A stretch of DNA of 64,000 nucleotides from Haliotis cracherodii (lineage: Eukaryota), in the NCBI RefSeq assembly GCF_022045235.1, contig NW_027266308.1:16244001-16308000 (forward strand), in the 5' to 3' direction. This document shows, one piece after another, positions 46,613 through 60,587 of this stretch. The first letter of the stretch is position 1; each line of letters opens with the position of its first letter. Both the position numbers and the translations under genes were made by a program. The notes under the pieces are model-generated. The model saw only the letters and a program-made list of their open reading frames with translations, was not told where the DNA came from and did not search any database.

Positions 46613-48846
46613 GCATCATACACAACAAACAAGCCAATGAAATTTGCAGTTAATATATTATCTCTTGATATAGATGATGCTTAGACAGCGACTGAAGGCT
46701 GCTTGCCCCAGATGTCACGGGCAACAGAACTGCTGAAGTTGCTCGATGATTAACAATATGGCTACAAACTGCTTTCAAAATGAAAAGCTACACATTAGCG
46801 TCCATTACAGTACATGTTGAACAGCACTGTAAAGATTACAAGCAACATGTGGATTTTGTTACAGTAAATATTGTATCGTAAATACAAACATGGCTTCACA
46901 ATGTGCACAATGGGATGTAGCAACTATAGCAAGTGATACTCGCATATGAATGGACAGAAACAAAAGCAGATAATTGGATCATTCTCAAGTTGTAACTTGT
47001 CAATTTGACAACAAAATTAGTAAACAAAAGTCACAGAACTGATGACCCAAAACTGTTCCCTGTTATCAAGAAAATTAATGAGCATCTAGTAGCCGACATA
47101 TTTAATTGATGAGGCCTGATTTACAGATTGTGTGTGTGAACAATCCAAGATGGAAGGTGGACAATGAAGATACTCATCATTTTCATCTTGATCTTCAAAG
47201 TGTTATAGGGACATGCATGTACACCATGCTTGTTAAGCAAGTGTCATCTTTAACAGTTTTTTGTCTGACTGTGTGCCATTGTGTTGTGAATAGGTAAAAC
47301 TTTATTTGGTGGAAGAGGGAAATAGAGCTGTGAAGATTTTCGTTCCCAGTTTTCGTTTTGATCTGTAATTCAAGTTCAAAAAAAAATTGTTTCCCGCTAA
47401 GAATGGCCTATAGATCAGTACCATGCATTTCAATGAAAGGCATCATTGCAATGGATAAACAACTTGTGAAAAATATGATGCTGTGCTCAGACACCAGCAG
47501 GTGGAATACATGCATGGAATAGGATCAGTTAGTAGCACTTAATTTACTTCTGCAAACACATTCTTTCACCCAATGCTGGTCAGAATACGCCCCAGCTCGG
47601 CATACTTGTCTTAGAGATGATAAACTGTGGTAGAGATGATGGTTGTGTGTCATCCATTTCTACTTACAGATTTAGCTGGAACATTGCTTACTTCAGCATA
47701 ACATCATCCCTCTCACCAACAGTTTGAATGGACTGATAAAGAGCTGTAATAGACTGATCCCAGGAATATTTATGCTTTAAACTGTTTTTGTTTTTTATGT
47801 TTGTTTCCTTTTATGCTTCATTTTCAATAATGTTTGTTTAACAGTAAGGGCTCATAATCAAATATTCCGCAGTTATTATAATCTGACTGTTTACAACAAG
47901 ACATGTCAACGTAACAAGAATATAAGAAATATTTCTCAATGTCTGACCAACAGTACAAAGATTAAGATATAAATGTGACATAATTGACTAACAGCAATTG
48001 AAACAAGGGCATTAAAATCTGACAAACACAACATAAAATCGTCCTATTAGTGATGCTAACATGTGACATCTACTGTACAGGAAATATTTCACTAAAAGCA
48101 AAATGTGCATTCAAAGTATCATGTTTTTCATGATTCCTTATGCTAAGAATTAAACTAAAACAACAGCAAATAAAATTCCACTAACGCGATTGATTGGAAC
48201 ATTCAATTCAAGAAATAGGGGTGGCAGGCTGTCAAGGGATTCACAACTGAGAAAGAATCTTATCACAGAACCTACATCACCACAACCTAGCTTACCTGCA
48301 ATGTGTCTTGCTTTTTGGAGAAACCAAAAACTGGTTTACAAATGGACCGTAGAGCACATTAACATAATCTGACTGAGTAATGTTCAAGTGGTACAATTCT
48401 TCCAATGACGGTGGCAAATTCTCACAATTCTTGCAGCAAGAAGGTAAAACTACATAAGATGCAATAATGACCTTTGAAAAAATACTTGAAGGCTGATGAA
48501 GCCCAATAGTTGCAAGACACTGTGCAGTTACTTCCCTTGGCCATGCCACGATCCAGAGATCGCGAAAAATGCATGATTTCAATGAATTTTAGACTTAACA
48601 CAATGTTAGTGTCATTATGCAAAATTATAGAGAAATTATATATCAACCATAACCTGGTATAAGACGGAGAAATAACTTATATCTGTTTCTCATGATATCT
48701 CCATTACAAAACCTCACAATTTAAAAAATTGATCAGAATTTTTCCCAAAATGACAAATACACTGGATTCAATTACTAATGACTCACATGCAGTGACCGCC
48801 AGACAACATAATGATAGTGGCATTGTGCCACGCTATGAGATTAGGA

Positions 48847-49020
48847 GTGAGTGAGTGAGTGAGTGAGTTTGGTTTTACGCCGCTTTTAGCAATATTCCAG
48901 CAATATCACGGCGGGGGACACCAGAAATGGACTTCACACATTGTACCCATGTCGGGAATCGAACCCGGGTCTTCGGCGTGACGAGCGAACGCTTTAACCA
49001 CTAGGCTACCCGACCTCCCC
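48847..49020 (-). mobile_element. SINE family A
   Basis: Reverse complement of the 13074 copy; TSD tatgagattagga / tatgagataagga. Confidence 0.88.
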
Positions 49021-49547
49021 TATGAGATAAGGAAGTAGACAAAGGTTAAAGAATGTTGTAGTGATGCTCTCATTCAGAATTAGCTTAAGTAATACTATAG
49101 TGACATGAAAGCAGGATTTAATTTCTTGATATATCTATATATACTGCAGCATCTTTGCCTGGACTTTAAGACTCAGATTTTTGGCTTCTCCGCTACCTAA
49201 CGATGATAGAATGACAAATAGATATGATGTGGGAGAGCTGACACACTGCAGTGGAGTTTCACAGTGACCAGCACATATAGCAGAAAACATCCTGACTCGG
49301 TGTACCTCACCCACAGTTTGCAATAACTAACATCTTATAATTCTTACAATTCTAAAAACACAACCATCCTCTGGTGATACCCAAAATGTAAGAAACTGTC
49401 CTTGTAATGTCTTTTTAAAAAAATACAAACTAAAAATAAAATAAACATTCCATTCATCATCAGTTCATAAAACAACGGTCACGACAATAACAAAGCTGAA
49501 GACCTGACACGTATTGTGGATAACAACTTCCTTATTTCTTCGTAACA

Positions 49548-50535
49548 ATGTTTCAGGACTACTTCCTGCCCCTTCATCAAATGGATGTTTCAGGGCTACA
49601 TCCTGCCCCTTCATCACATGAATGTTTCAGGGCTACATCCTGCCCCTTCATCAGATGGATGTTTCAAGGCTACATCCTGCCCTTCATCACATGAATGTTT
49701 CAGGGCTACTTCCTGTCCCTTCATCACATGAATGTTTCAGGACTACTTCCTGCCCCTTCATCAGATGGATGTTTCAGGGCTACATCCTGCCCCTTCATCA
49801 CATGAATGTTTCAGGGCTACATCCTGCCCCTTCATCTCATGAATGTTTCAGGGCTACATCCTGCCCCTTCATCAGATGGATGTTTCAGGGCTACATCCTG
49901 CCCCTTCATCACATGAATGTTTCAGGGCTACTTCCTGCCCCTTCATCACATGAATGTTTCAGGGCTACATCCTGCCCCTTCATCACATGAATGTTTCAGG
50001 GCTACATCCTGCCCCATCATCAGATGGATGTTTCAGGGCTACTTCCTGCCCCTTCATCAGATGCATGTTTCAGACCTACTTCTTGTCCCTTCATCACATG
50101 AATGTTTCAGGGCTACATCCTGCCCCTTCATCACATGAATGTTTCAGGACTACTTCCTGCCCCTTCATCAGATGGGTGTTTCAGGGCTACTTCCTGTCCC
50201 TTCATCACATGAATGTTTCAGGGCTACATCCTGCCCTTCATCACATGAATGTTTCAGGGCTACTTCCTGCCCCTTCATCAGATGGATGTTTCAGGGCTAC
50301 TTCCTGTCCCTTCATCACATGAATGTTTCAGGGCTACATCCTGCCCTTCATCACATGAATGTTCAGGGCTACTTCCTGCCCCTTCATCAGATGGATGTTT
50401 CAGGGCTACATCCTGTCCCTTCATCAGATGGATGTTTCAGGGCTACTTCCTGTCCCTTCGTCACATGAATGTTTCAGGTCTACATCCTGCCCTTCATCAC
50501 ATGAATGTTTCAGGGCTACTTCTTGCCCCATCATC
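49548..50535 (-). repeat. Minisatellite, 37-bp unit, ~27 copies; the minus-strand unit resembles a hammerhead ribozyme core
   Basis: Plus unit atgtttcagggctac(a/t)tcctgccccttcatca(catga/gatgg); minus reads CTGATGA-AGGGGC..GCCCT-GAAAC. Confidence 0.9.
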
Positions 50536-51290
50536 AAGAATGATTTACTTGAGGCAAAACGTAGCCCTGAAACGTTACAAAGGGTAAAGAAGGTGCTATC
50601 CATAAACTGTTTCATGTCTTCATGTTTTGCCAACTTCTAAATGCCTATCAAAGACTTAATAACAAAACTGTTTCAACTCTCTAACTTAACATCAAACCTA
50701 TTTACCTATTTGAAGTATGTACCCGGGCTACTGGTAAGACTACACTAAAACTATATTCAGCCCGAAAACCCTGAGGAAAAGGTCACTATGACCGTCATTA
50801 AACTTATTATGTAATATGTTAAACACCTCATCTTGAAATAATTATGTTTGAAATAAAAAGAAAACAGTCTACATAAACACTGGGAAGCAAAAACAACAAA
50901 ATTGATTCTCAAACAACAACTTGAACATTTAAAGTCAGCATGGGAATCTGCAAAATTTGCTACTTGTGTGTCCCGATTGGACAAATGTTATTTTGTAAGC
51001 AGAGATAGGACCAGTCCCACTGAAAATATAAGTCTGAATGGAAAATGGTCTGGTCATGTAACCGTCAAATCTAAACAATTTCACTTACTACTGTTACAAA
51101 TATACTGATGATTTTTGTCTTTCTATCCTTTCAATAAACAAAAAGAAAACATACTGAGATTTTGAATTTTCAAATATCCAGTTGACCACCTTTACTTCAC
51201 ACTTCTGGTTCTGATAAATGCTTTCTTGCATTTGCCTGCTAGCCCAGCTGAATGGAGAAAGTGCCTGAGAACCCAAATTATATTCCACCT

Positions 51291-51454
51291 CATGGGCGGA
51301 TACTGAGGGAGGTGCTGGGATGCGCACCCCCCCTTTTTATTTCGAACAAAATCTTTATTTCTGTATAAATTACCACCAAAGACAATAAATATATCTTAAT
51401 TGTGCACCCCCCCCCCCCCCACCCCCCTTTTCAAAAAAGCTGTATCCGCCCATG
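51291..51454. mobile_element. Small MITE with 13-bp TIR catgggcggatac, flanked by cacct direct repeat
   Basis: TIRs and 5-bp flanking duplication are seen directly. Confidence 0.75.
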
Positions 51455-51615
51455 CACCTAACACAATATTGAAAAGTGATAAAGCCCATTATCTATTCCA
51501 ATGAAAATTAAAAACAAACAACCAGTGAAAATATTAAGAAAAACAACATATCAATCCCTGATTCTTTTCTACTAATCAACAGGCTACTCCAGGTATACTA
51601 ATGAAAACAAGTTAA

Positions 51616-51712
51616 GGACCTCCCGATTCTTTCATATTACTGTAGTTAATCTGTCATGGTATGTCATGGTATGACAGATTCACTATAATAATATGAAAGA
51701 ATCAGATGGCCT
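51616..51712. mobile_element. Palindromic mini-element flanked by TTAA (Kolobok-like MITE)
   Basis: gattctttcatatta..tag..aatctgtcat is inverted at atgacagatt..cta..taatatgaaagaatc; TTAA on both sides. Confidence 0.6.
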
Positions 51713-52065
51713 TTAACTTTTTAGGAATAGTTCATACTAAATGATTACGTCACTAGAGACACTGCCATGTTTGTTTCATGGGAACCGTGGACGGAATCAG
51801 CCAAACCACAAGACTAATGTCAACTTGTACATGAAAGCTGATTGTGCATTTCAAATATTACAAATTGTTCATTTTGGGTCATCATTTGAACTATCAATGG
51901 ACCTACAGAATAAGACAACACTTTTAGTGGATACAGAACGACTGACAGTACTGTACTGGAATGAAGGGGTTTGTTTGTTTGTTGTTTAATGCCTCACTCA
52001 ACAATATTCCAGCTATATAACAGCAGTCTATAAATAATCAAGTCTGGACCAGACAATCCAGCAAT

Positions 52066-52302
52066 TGAGTGAGTTGGGTTTAACGCCACTTTTAACATTA
52101 TTCCAGTTATATCACGTGGTCAGCTTAATGTGGGAGGAAAGCCCGAGGCACAGGTATGATGCTGACAAACCTAGAAACCTAGCAACATAATCGGGGCGAA
52201 CCGGGTTTTGAACCCACAATCATAGGTTTCTGGCATGCCCAAGGGACGCAACTCTGCACAGCGAATCGCGGTGCCTCAGACGACTGGGCCACCCGTGCCC
52301 AC
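52066..52302 (-). mobile_element. SINE family B abutting or nested in a family-C tail (51969-52065)
   Basis: Reverse complement of the family B head, core and tail. Confidence 0.8.
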
Positions 52303-52556
52303 CCTGGTGCTGCTACATACCTAATCATGCTACATTGGTATTATCTCACCTAGTTATTTAATGAACTAGTCACAAGGGTTAGTGACCACTTAAGACTAGC
52401 CGCTGTGATAATTCATAGCCGACCAAGTACCACCTCAATTTAACCAAGCGCCTTAAAATTCCGTTTTTGTGATGGAAGGATAAGGAATCCTAAGTTGTTT
52501 GACATAAACATGTGATAGACCTGTGACCCTCGTCACCCCAATGAAGATGAATAAAC

Positions 52557-53311
52557 GGCAGATGTGTTGTGGTGCTGTTACCAGTAACTGTATGTGCCCT
52601 GCTGCAAAAGGCAGATGTGTTCATTGCGCTGTTACCAGTAACTGTATGTGCCCTGCTGCAAAAGGCAGATGTGTTCATTGCGCTGTTACCAGTAACTGTA
52701 TGTGCCCTGCTGCAAAAGGCAGATGTGTTCATTGCGCTGTTACCAGTAACTGTATGTGCCCTGCTGCAAAAGGCAGATGTGTTCATTGCGCTGTTACCAG
52801 TAACTGTATGTGCCCTGCTGCAAAAGGCAGATGTGTTGTGGTGCTGTTACCAGTAACTGTATGTGCCCTGCTGCAAAAGGCAGATGTGTTCATTGCGCTG
52901 TTACCAGTAACTGTATGTGCCCTGCTGCAAAAGGCAGATGTGTTCGTGGTGCTGTTACCAGTAACTGTATGTGCCCTGCTGCAAAAGGCAGATGTGTTCA
53001 TGGTGCTGTCACCAGTAACTGTATGTTCCCTGCTGCAAAAGGCAGATGTGTTCGTGGTGCTGTTACCAGTAACTGTATGTGCCCTGCTGCAAAAGGCAGA
53101 TGTGTTCGTGGTGCTGTCACCAGTAACTGTATGTTCCCTGCTGCAAAAGGCAGATGTGTTCATGGTGCTGTCACCAGTAACTGTATGTGCCCTGCTGCAA
53201 AAGGCAGATGTGTTCGTGGTGCTGTCACCAGTAACTGTATGTGCCCTGCTGCAAAAGGCAGATGTGTTCGTGGTGCTGTCACCAGTAACTGTATGTGCCC
53301 TGCTGCAAAAG
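52557..53311. repeat. Minisatellite, 54-bp unit, ~14 copies
   Basis: Unit ggcagatgtgttcattgcgctgttaccagtaactgtatgtgccctgctgcaaaa. Confidence 0.95.
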
Positions 53312-54440
53312 CAAACTAACCAAATATCTGGATCCTCCCTAAAATATGTGGCCCGCACCTTCTTTTCACCAATGCCACTGCACATCTTTAACACATCTGT
53401 GTCTACCAGTCCTAAATGACATACAACCAATACAGGCCCAGGCCCACATGTCAAGACACACAATTTGAAAAGAAAAAATAACATTCTTTTGATTAATAGT
53501 GACAAACAGCTACCAGGGAGTCTATGAAACAAGCAATGCTGTAGAAAGCAAACAAACACTGCTGGCAATGTAGAACAATACAAGCATTTAGCCATGATGA
53601 ATTAATTACAAACACTAGACTTTCATCTAAAATTTCTTTCAAAGTAATAAAAGCTGTATAATTCTATGAATTAAAATCCAAATTGATTTCAGCAATGTTG
53701 CAGCTACAGACAGTAGAAGGTGGCAACTGAGGCCATGATTAGATGAAGCAAGGTAATACTTCCAAGGATGTTGACAGATGAAAATCTGACAATTTATTTA
53801 TTACGACCTTAATCTGAGTCAAGTACTTGAAGGCTGCTCCAGGGAACAAATGGCAGGGGGGCTAGCACAAGGGATGCTCCTAGATAGTAGTGATTGAAAT
53901 GTACGTGACATATCAGAGAATGATTAACATGGTAACCATGGTAACTGTACACACATATAATATACATTGCTGAATACTTGAAATTTACAAACATGACATG
54001 AAATATACAATGTTGTCAGAAACTGAAATAAGCTTGGCATAATGTTGAAAGCTTTAGTCCTTACATTTTAGAATATGTTGCAAGGAATCACACCGTTTCT
54101 TTGCCCAAATCGGTTTGCTTCAGAATAAAACTAAGAATCTTAAAAAAGTATCGGTATTTAAAATACATTTATTCTCAATGATCATCCGTGATGAGTTTTG
54201 TTAATTACACACATTTACTATCAATAAAAAAACATGGCCAACAAGAATGATGTGATAAACTAGAAATATATTCAGAAGTATGTTTTGTCGCATTCTGGAC
54301 TACTTTATGCATGTAGACATGCAAACCCTGTTGTAGCAGAGATTTCACTAGTAAAACGAAGACTTAAAAACAGCTTTTACACTGCCGGCCTAAGAAAGAA
54401 TGCCAAGTTACACAACATTGTATATAGTCATGAATGACAT

Positions 54441-54697
54441 TCACTCAGCCTTTATTTCTATTTTCTTTCCAACGGGTTGCCGCATTTTCTTCTTCTTAAC
54501 AAATCCTTTGGCTTCCTTCATCAAAGATCTCACATCCTCTTCCTCTGGGTCATAGTCTGAGTCTTCCTCCTCTGGATCTCCGTATGAAGATTCGCTCGCA
54601 TAAGACTGCCCAATGTCATCGATAAAACTGTCATTGTAGTCGTATGTGTTCGGTTCTCCGTTGTCGTCGTCATCTTTAGCAAGCACGCTTGTTTTAC
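54441..54697 (-). CDS. APLF: APLF last coding exon: acidic histone-chaperone tail
   Basis: ctgcag acceptor, phase 1. GEPNTYDYNDSFIDD...EDSDYDP...EDVRSLMKEAKGFVKKK closely resembles the APLF C-terminus (GQPNEYDLNDSFLDD...EDSDWEP...EDVEELLKEAKRFMKRK, from memory). Confidence 0.85.
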
Positions 54698-54874
54698 CTG
54701 CAGTGTGAGTCAGAGAGGGAGTATTCATGTTCAAATACCCTGTTTTGGGTAAGGCCAGATTTATTTGGGTGGGGTGGGAGGGTGGCGTGTTTCAGATTTT
54801 TGTCCCAAAATAATTGGTCGGTAGGTCAAAAATATAACAGAATATAAAAATTCCCCAAAACATTATGTAGTTAG

Positions 54875-55046
54875 TGAGTGAGTGAGTGAGTGAGTATGGT
54901 TTTACGCCGCTTTTAGCAATATTCCAGCAATATCACGGCGGGGGACACCAGAAATGGGCTTCACACATTGTACCCATGTCATGAATCGAAACCGGTCTTC
55001 GGCGTGACGAGCGAATGCTTTAACCACTAGGCTACACGACTGCCCC
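54875..55046 (-). mobile_element. SINE family A
   Basis: Near-identical to the 48847 copy; TSD-like tatgtag on both sides. Confidence 0.88.
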
Positions 55047-55457
55047 TATGTAGGAAGTGAAAAAAGTGGAGACTATAATGATAGTATTTTGAATAATAAT
55101 ACATTTATTTAGATAGTGACAGAAGATGAGTTACATAATGTGGTACAATGTATTTTACAATGTTGATAAACATTGTGTTTTCAAATTGTTGGTGTTATTT
55201 AGGAGATAACTTAATTTTGAACCGAGCACTTTAGCGCAAGGTTCCAAATTATAATAAAGAGGTATCTATTCTACAGTGGGACTACAACAAATTTCAAAAC
55301 ACAGTAGGTTATCTCCATTCTACCATGAGGGCAACAACGCTTTGAAAACGGCGCTCTTTCGCAACGTGTAATAACACAGGTGCACAGGTCCGCAATCTTA
55401 GAACATTCCAAAAAGTGGTCACAGTTAGTTATATATATATGTAACAATTATTACTAA

Positions 55458-56163
55458 AGTACTCACGGAAATGAAAAAAACCCTGTTTTTTTCGATCTCA
55501 GATTTTAAATAAATGCAGTTAATATACAAAATATATAAATATTCAAACAACTCAATTAGTACTAATTGGGCCTTGGCACAAATACAGCGTATCAAAGGTT
55601 TATATGTCTTTTTACACGTAAAAGTGTGTAAAAATATGACTATTGTGAAACTGAGCATAACCAGGTGTTAAAAGATCAAGGTGAATGTCCATGACCTATG
55701 ACACCTTGACAACAGGTGAAAACAGGTGCTTGAAACCCACGTGCATGTGATTTGTCAGTGGTTAGTGATTTGTGAGTGGCATTGTGGGATAGTGATTCAT
55801 CGTCAAAATATCAGAACGTAAAAGTAACATATTCCCTTCTCAAACAACAACTTACATGTCATTATTATTATGTACATAAACACAGCTGTTATTTTTATTG
55901 TTGTTTTGATAACTTTTATCCAGGCATAATGCCTATAGCCTGTTTCTGCCATGTCATTTTGGACTTAGTTTTATTTTTGAACGTGAAAGTGCCTACAAAT
56001 TACCTCCTGTAAAGTACATTTTGTATTGAGCACTGAGATAAAACTAGCAAATCCAGACTAGTACTTTTCCAGTTTTTTTGTTATTTCGTATTTACATCTA
56101 CGTAATGCTTTGTGTCGATTATTAAATCCAGCAAAACAGGTTTTTTTCATTTCCATGAGTACT
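55458..56163. mobile_element. Kolobok-like MITE (AG..CT termini, (C/T)TAA flanks)
   Basis: agtactcacggaaatgaaaaaaaccctgtttt is inverted at aaaacaggtttttttcatttccatgagtact. Confidence 0.7.
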
Positions 56164-58089
56164 TTAAAGTTCAAGATTAAAAAACACCATAGTCGTGAGT
56201 AGTTCATAATAAGTGTTCAAAACACATAGTTTTTCAAAAGAAGTTGACAAATAACACTCCTAACTTAATCCAAAGAGAGATGTTTTAATTTCTATCAAAC
56301 TGTTGCACACTTTTGTACACTGTGGACTGGCTGTCGTTTCTCGGAAATTTGTGAGAGAGGTCATTTCTTGGAAATCGAATATGCCATCATTTCTATTGTA
56401 GGGGTGACGGGTAATAGAAAAAGGTTTTAAAATGCTAAACAAATATATTTCTACAGCAAACTTTATGAATTAATATTCTAATATATATTTAACATGTCTA
56501 AGAGTTATTAGGTAGATAGCAATTACCCCCAGTAAACAATAATAACATCAAAGTAAATGCCTCTCCACCCCGAACTTGGATGTGGCAGAACTTGACCTAC
56601 ATCACGGTTACTCACACCTCACAGCTATCAATGGCTGACAATCATGTGTTTACATTAACTAGATCTAGTTAAGAGAAGCAAGATGACAACCCCGATCTAT
56701 GATGTGGTTCAACATTTACCTGTAGTTTTCCTGGGATTGATCGAACCTGCGGGTACATCCATATGATTACTAATGGAACTGAGTATGACTGAACAGCCGC
56801 TGTTTAGGCTGCAGACAAGCCGGATATTTTGAAAAGAGGAATCTGCATGGTGTGACCTGTCAATTTCAAGATTTCACGGATCCAAAGCCAAATAGTGACA
56901 GAATTTAGACATTTCTGGTCCAGAAATAGTAGGTGGTGTATGATTTTCATAATTGTGCGTGTTCTGAAATGAATTTCATCAAGTTTGATAAGCTGCCACT
57001 TCAGTTGGGACATTGTTTTCGTGGACTTTTGAAGGGGAGTGTTTTCTGATGCACTTTCAAATCCCCTCCTGCCAAATTCTACCGGTGGTGGTTGACGGAG
57101 ATGGCAATGGATATTGATCAGAAAAAGGTTTGTAAACACCATGTTGTCATGAATAAAATGTCTTCAAACACATTTTATTATGTTATATTTCACTTTCATT
57201 GTCGGTTGTTTCAATAATGAAATTACCTGTTCGTGGTTTTCAGAAAAAGTTACCAAAAAAATGAACAATTATTATTTTCTCAACAAAATTTATTAGATAT
57301 CACTCTTTCACTTATTTTGAATGTGTGAATCTTTGAATTATACCTCCCCACCCTGAATTGAGAACCGTCCTAACGTGTCCCGGTTGTCACTATATCTGCA
57401 CTGCACTCTCAGTTATGGCTGCCAGAGAAATTGTTAACAGTAACAGTGCTGTTAAAGAATTGCAGGAAACCAGAAGACAACCCAGTACTGTGTGTGTGAT
57501 GCTGTTCAACATTAACATGTTGACTAACTACCCCTGCTGGTGTGATGTTTTTTCAAACAATTTTTATAATGTTATATTTTACTTTCATTGTCGGTTGTTT
57601 ACCTCTTTTTAACCAATCAGAATCAAGCATTCATCAATTTCATGGTAGAATGGGTAATTTATCTACAGAAATTGTACCATTCGAAACCTGTGGCAAATGC
57701 TGTCAGTTCCAAATGACATTTGTTAACCTTTATCTCCAAAGTATTCACACACAAAAAAAATGATGTTTTTCAAGATTCAAGAGAAAATCTAGCTATGACC
57801 AATAAAGTGATCCAAGATGAAGTTTTTATCTTGTTGAAAACTTGGTTAGGACCAACATGTTCTATTTTTATATCAGAAACTCTTCAAGAAAATCTCTTCT
57901 TTTTTATCAATTTTAGCTTTACCTATTAACTATGTGTTGTAAAGTTCCAGACAGGCAAGTGTTGAAATAAAGAGGATAAGTGTCTTTCATATGAACACAT
58001 TGAATTACCTTCACAATTACATCCAAGCTATTTCATTCCTTAAATTCTGCAGATCCTGTGAGCCACAAAGGATCCTCAAATACCTCGTG

Positions 58090-60163
58090 ATTACATACCT
58101 TGTCCTTACCATACCATGTCTGTACCATACCTTGTCCTTACATAACCGGTCCTTAATAATAACATACCCTGTCCTTACTATACCATGTCCTTACCATACC
58201 TTGTCCTTAACATATCTCATCCTTAACATATGTTGTCCTTACCTTGTCCTTACATAATCCGTCCTTAATAATAACATACCCTATCCTTACTATACAATGT
58301 CCTTAACATATCTCATCCTTAACATATGTTGTCCTTATCTTGTCCTTACATAACCCGTTCTTAATAATAACATACCCTGTCCTCAATATACTCTGTCCTT
58401 ACTATACCTTGTCCTCACCATACCTTGTCCTTAATATATGTTGTCCTTACCTAGTCCCTACCATACCTTGTCACTAACATACCTTGTCCTTACTTACCTC
58501 GTCCCTAACATACCCTGTCCTTAACATATTATCCTTACCTAGTCCTTACCAAACCTTGTCCTTACCTAGTCCTTACTATAGCTTGTCCTTCCCTTACCTT
58601 GTCCTTCATATATGTTATCCTTACCTTGTCCTTCCCTTACCTAGTCCTTCCCTTACCTTGTCCTCAACATATGTTATCCTTACCTTGTCCTTCCCTTACC
58701 TTGTCCTTACTATACCTTGTCCTTAACATATGTTATCCTTACCTTGTCCTTCCCTTACCTTGTCCTTCCCTTACCTTGTCCTCAACATATGTTATCCTTA
58801 CCTTGTCCTTCCCTTACCTTGTCCTTACTATACCTTGTCCTTAACATATGTTATCCTTACCTTGTCCTTCCCTTACCTTGTCCTTACCATACCCTGTCCT
58901 TACCATACACTGTCCTTATCATACCTTGTCCTTACTATACCTTGTCTTTAACATACCCTGTCCTTACCATACCCTGTCATTCCCTTACCTTGGCCTTAAC
59001 ATATGTTATCCTTACCTTGTCCTTCCCTTACCCTGTCCTTACTATACCCTGTCCTTACCATACCTTGTCCTTCCAATACCCTGCCCTTACTATACCCTTT
59101 TCTTACCATGCCATCCTTAACATACCCTGTTCTTACCATACCTTGTCCTTACTATACCTTGTCCTTACCATACCTTGTCCTTACCATACCTTGTCCTTCC
59201 CATACCCTGCCCTTACTATACCCTTTTCTTACCATACCATCCTTAACATACCCTGTCCTTACCATACCCTGTCTTAACTATACCTTGTCCTTAACATACC
59301 CTGTCCTTACCATACCCGCTCCTTACCATACCTTGTCTTTACCATAACTTGTCCTTACCATACCTTGTCTTTACCATACCTTGTCCTTACCATACCTTGT
59401 CCTTACCATAACTTGTCCTTACTATTCCTTGTCCTTACCATAACTTGTCCTTACCATACCTTGTCCTTACCATACCTTGTCTTTACCATAACTTGTCCTT
59501 ACTATTCCTTGTCCTTACCATACCTTGTCCTTACCATACCTTGTCCTTACCATACCTTGTCTTTACCGTAACTTGTCCTTACCATACCTTGTCCTTACCA
59601 TACCCTGTCCTTACCATAACTTGTCCTTACCATACCTTGTCTTTACCATACCTTGTCCTTACCATACCTTGTCCTTACTATTCCTTGTCCTTACCATAAC
59701 TTGTCCTTACTATTCCTTGTCCTTACCATACCTTGTCCTTACCATACCTTGTCCTTACCATACCTTGTCTTTACTATAACTTGTCCTTACCATACCTTGT
59801 CCTTACCATACCCTGTCCTTACCATAACTTGTCCTTACCATACCTTGTCTTTACCATACCTTGTCCTTACCATACCTTGTCCTTACCATAACTTGTCCTT
59901 ACTATTCCTTGTCCTTACCACACCTTGTCTTTACCATACCTTGTCCTTACCACACCTTGTCCTTACCATAACTTGTCCTTACCATACCTTGTCTTTACCA
60001 TAAATTGTCCTTACTATTCCTTGTCCTTACCATACCTTGTCATTACAATACCCTGTTGTTACCATACCTTATCCTTACCATACCTTGTCCTTAACATATG
60101 TAATCCTTACCTTGTCCTTAACATATGTTGTCCTTACCTAGTCCTTACCATACCTTGTCCTTT
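58090..60163. repeat. Complex pyrimidine-rich minisatellite, ~16-bp core taccttgtccttacca
   Basis: Direct reading; degenerate edges and a homogeneous centre. Confidence 0.93.
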
Positions 60164-60587
60164 AGTCACCCTCTAATATATAAACATTGGTTCTAGTTAT
60201 GTGTTTTGTGATGGTAGGATGAATAATGGCTGCACTCGTAGTCTACGACCACCTGAGCTAATAATGTGTTAACATGCTACAAAATAAATCATACTGAATA
60301 AACAAGAGATAGATATATTATGATGTTTATTGCAAACACATCAATAGTAAAAGGTTTATCTAAAATAAAACAATTTGAATATAATCTACATTTAAATCCT
60401 ATTCTGCTACATGTATATCACAGCAGCCTGTGAAAAGTCAAGTCAGGGCATTCCATGGCATCAGGGTACGATGAGATTCAAATGAACAATGTCACCCAAA
60501 CTAATTTAGCCACCTCTTATGACAAGCAATAGAAAGTTTGTGAAATGTTCTGAAGACCACAAGTCCTCTCACGATGTAACCGAGAGA

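Noticed and set aside
52490-53595. Cys-rich metallothionein-like repeat ORFs (CVHCAVTSNCMCPAAKGR)
   Set aside because: The 54-bp unit is a multiple of 3, so several frames on both strands stay open; 53-bp units shift the frame and there is no splice or promoter support.
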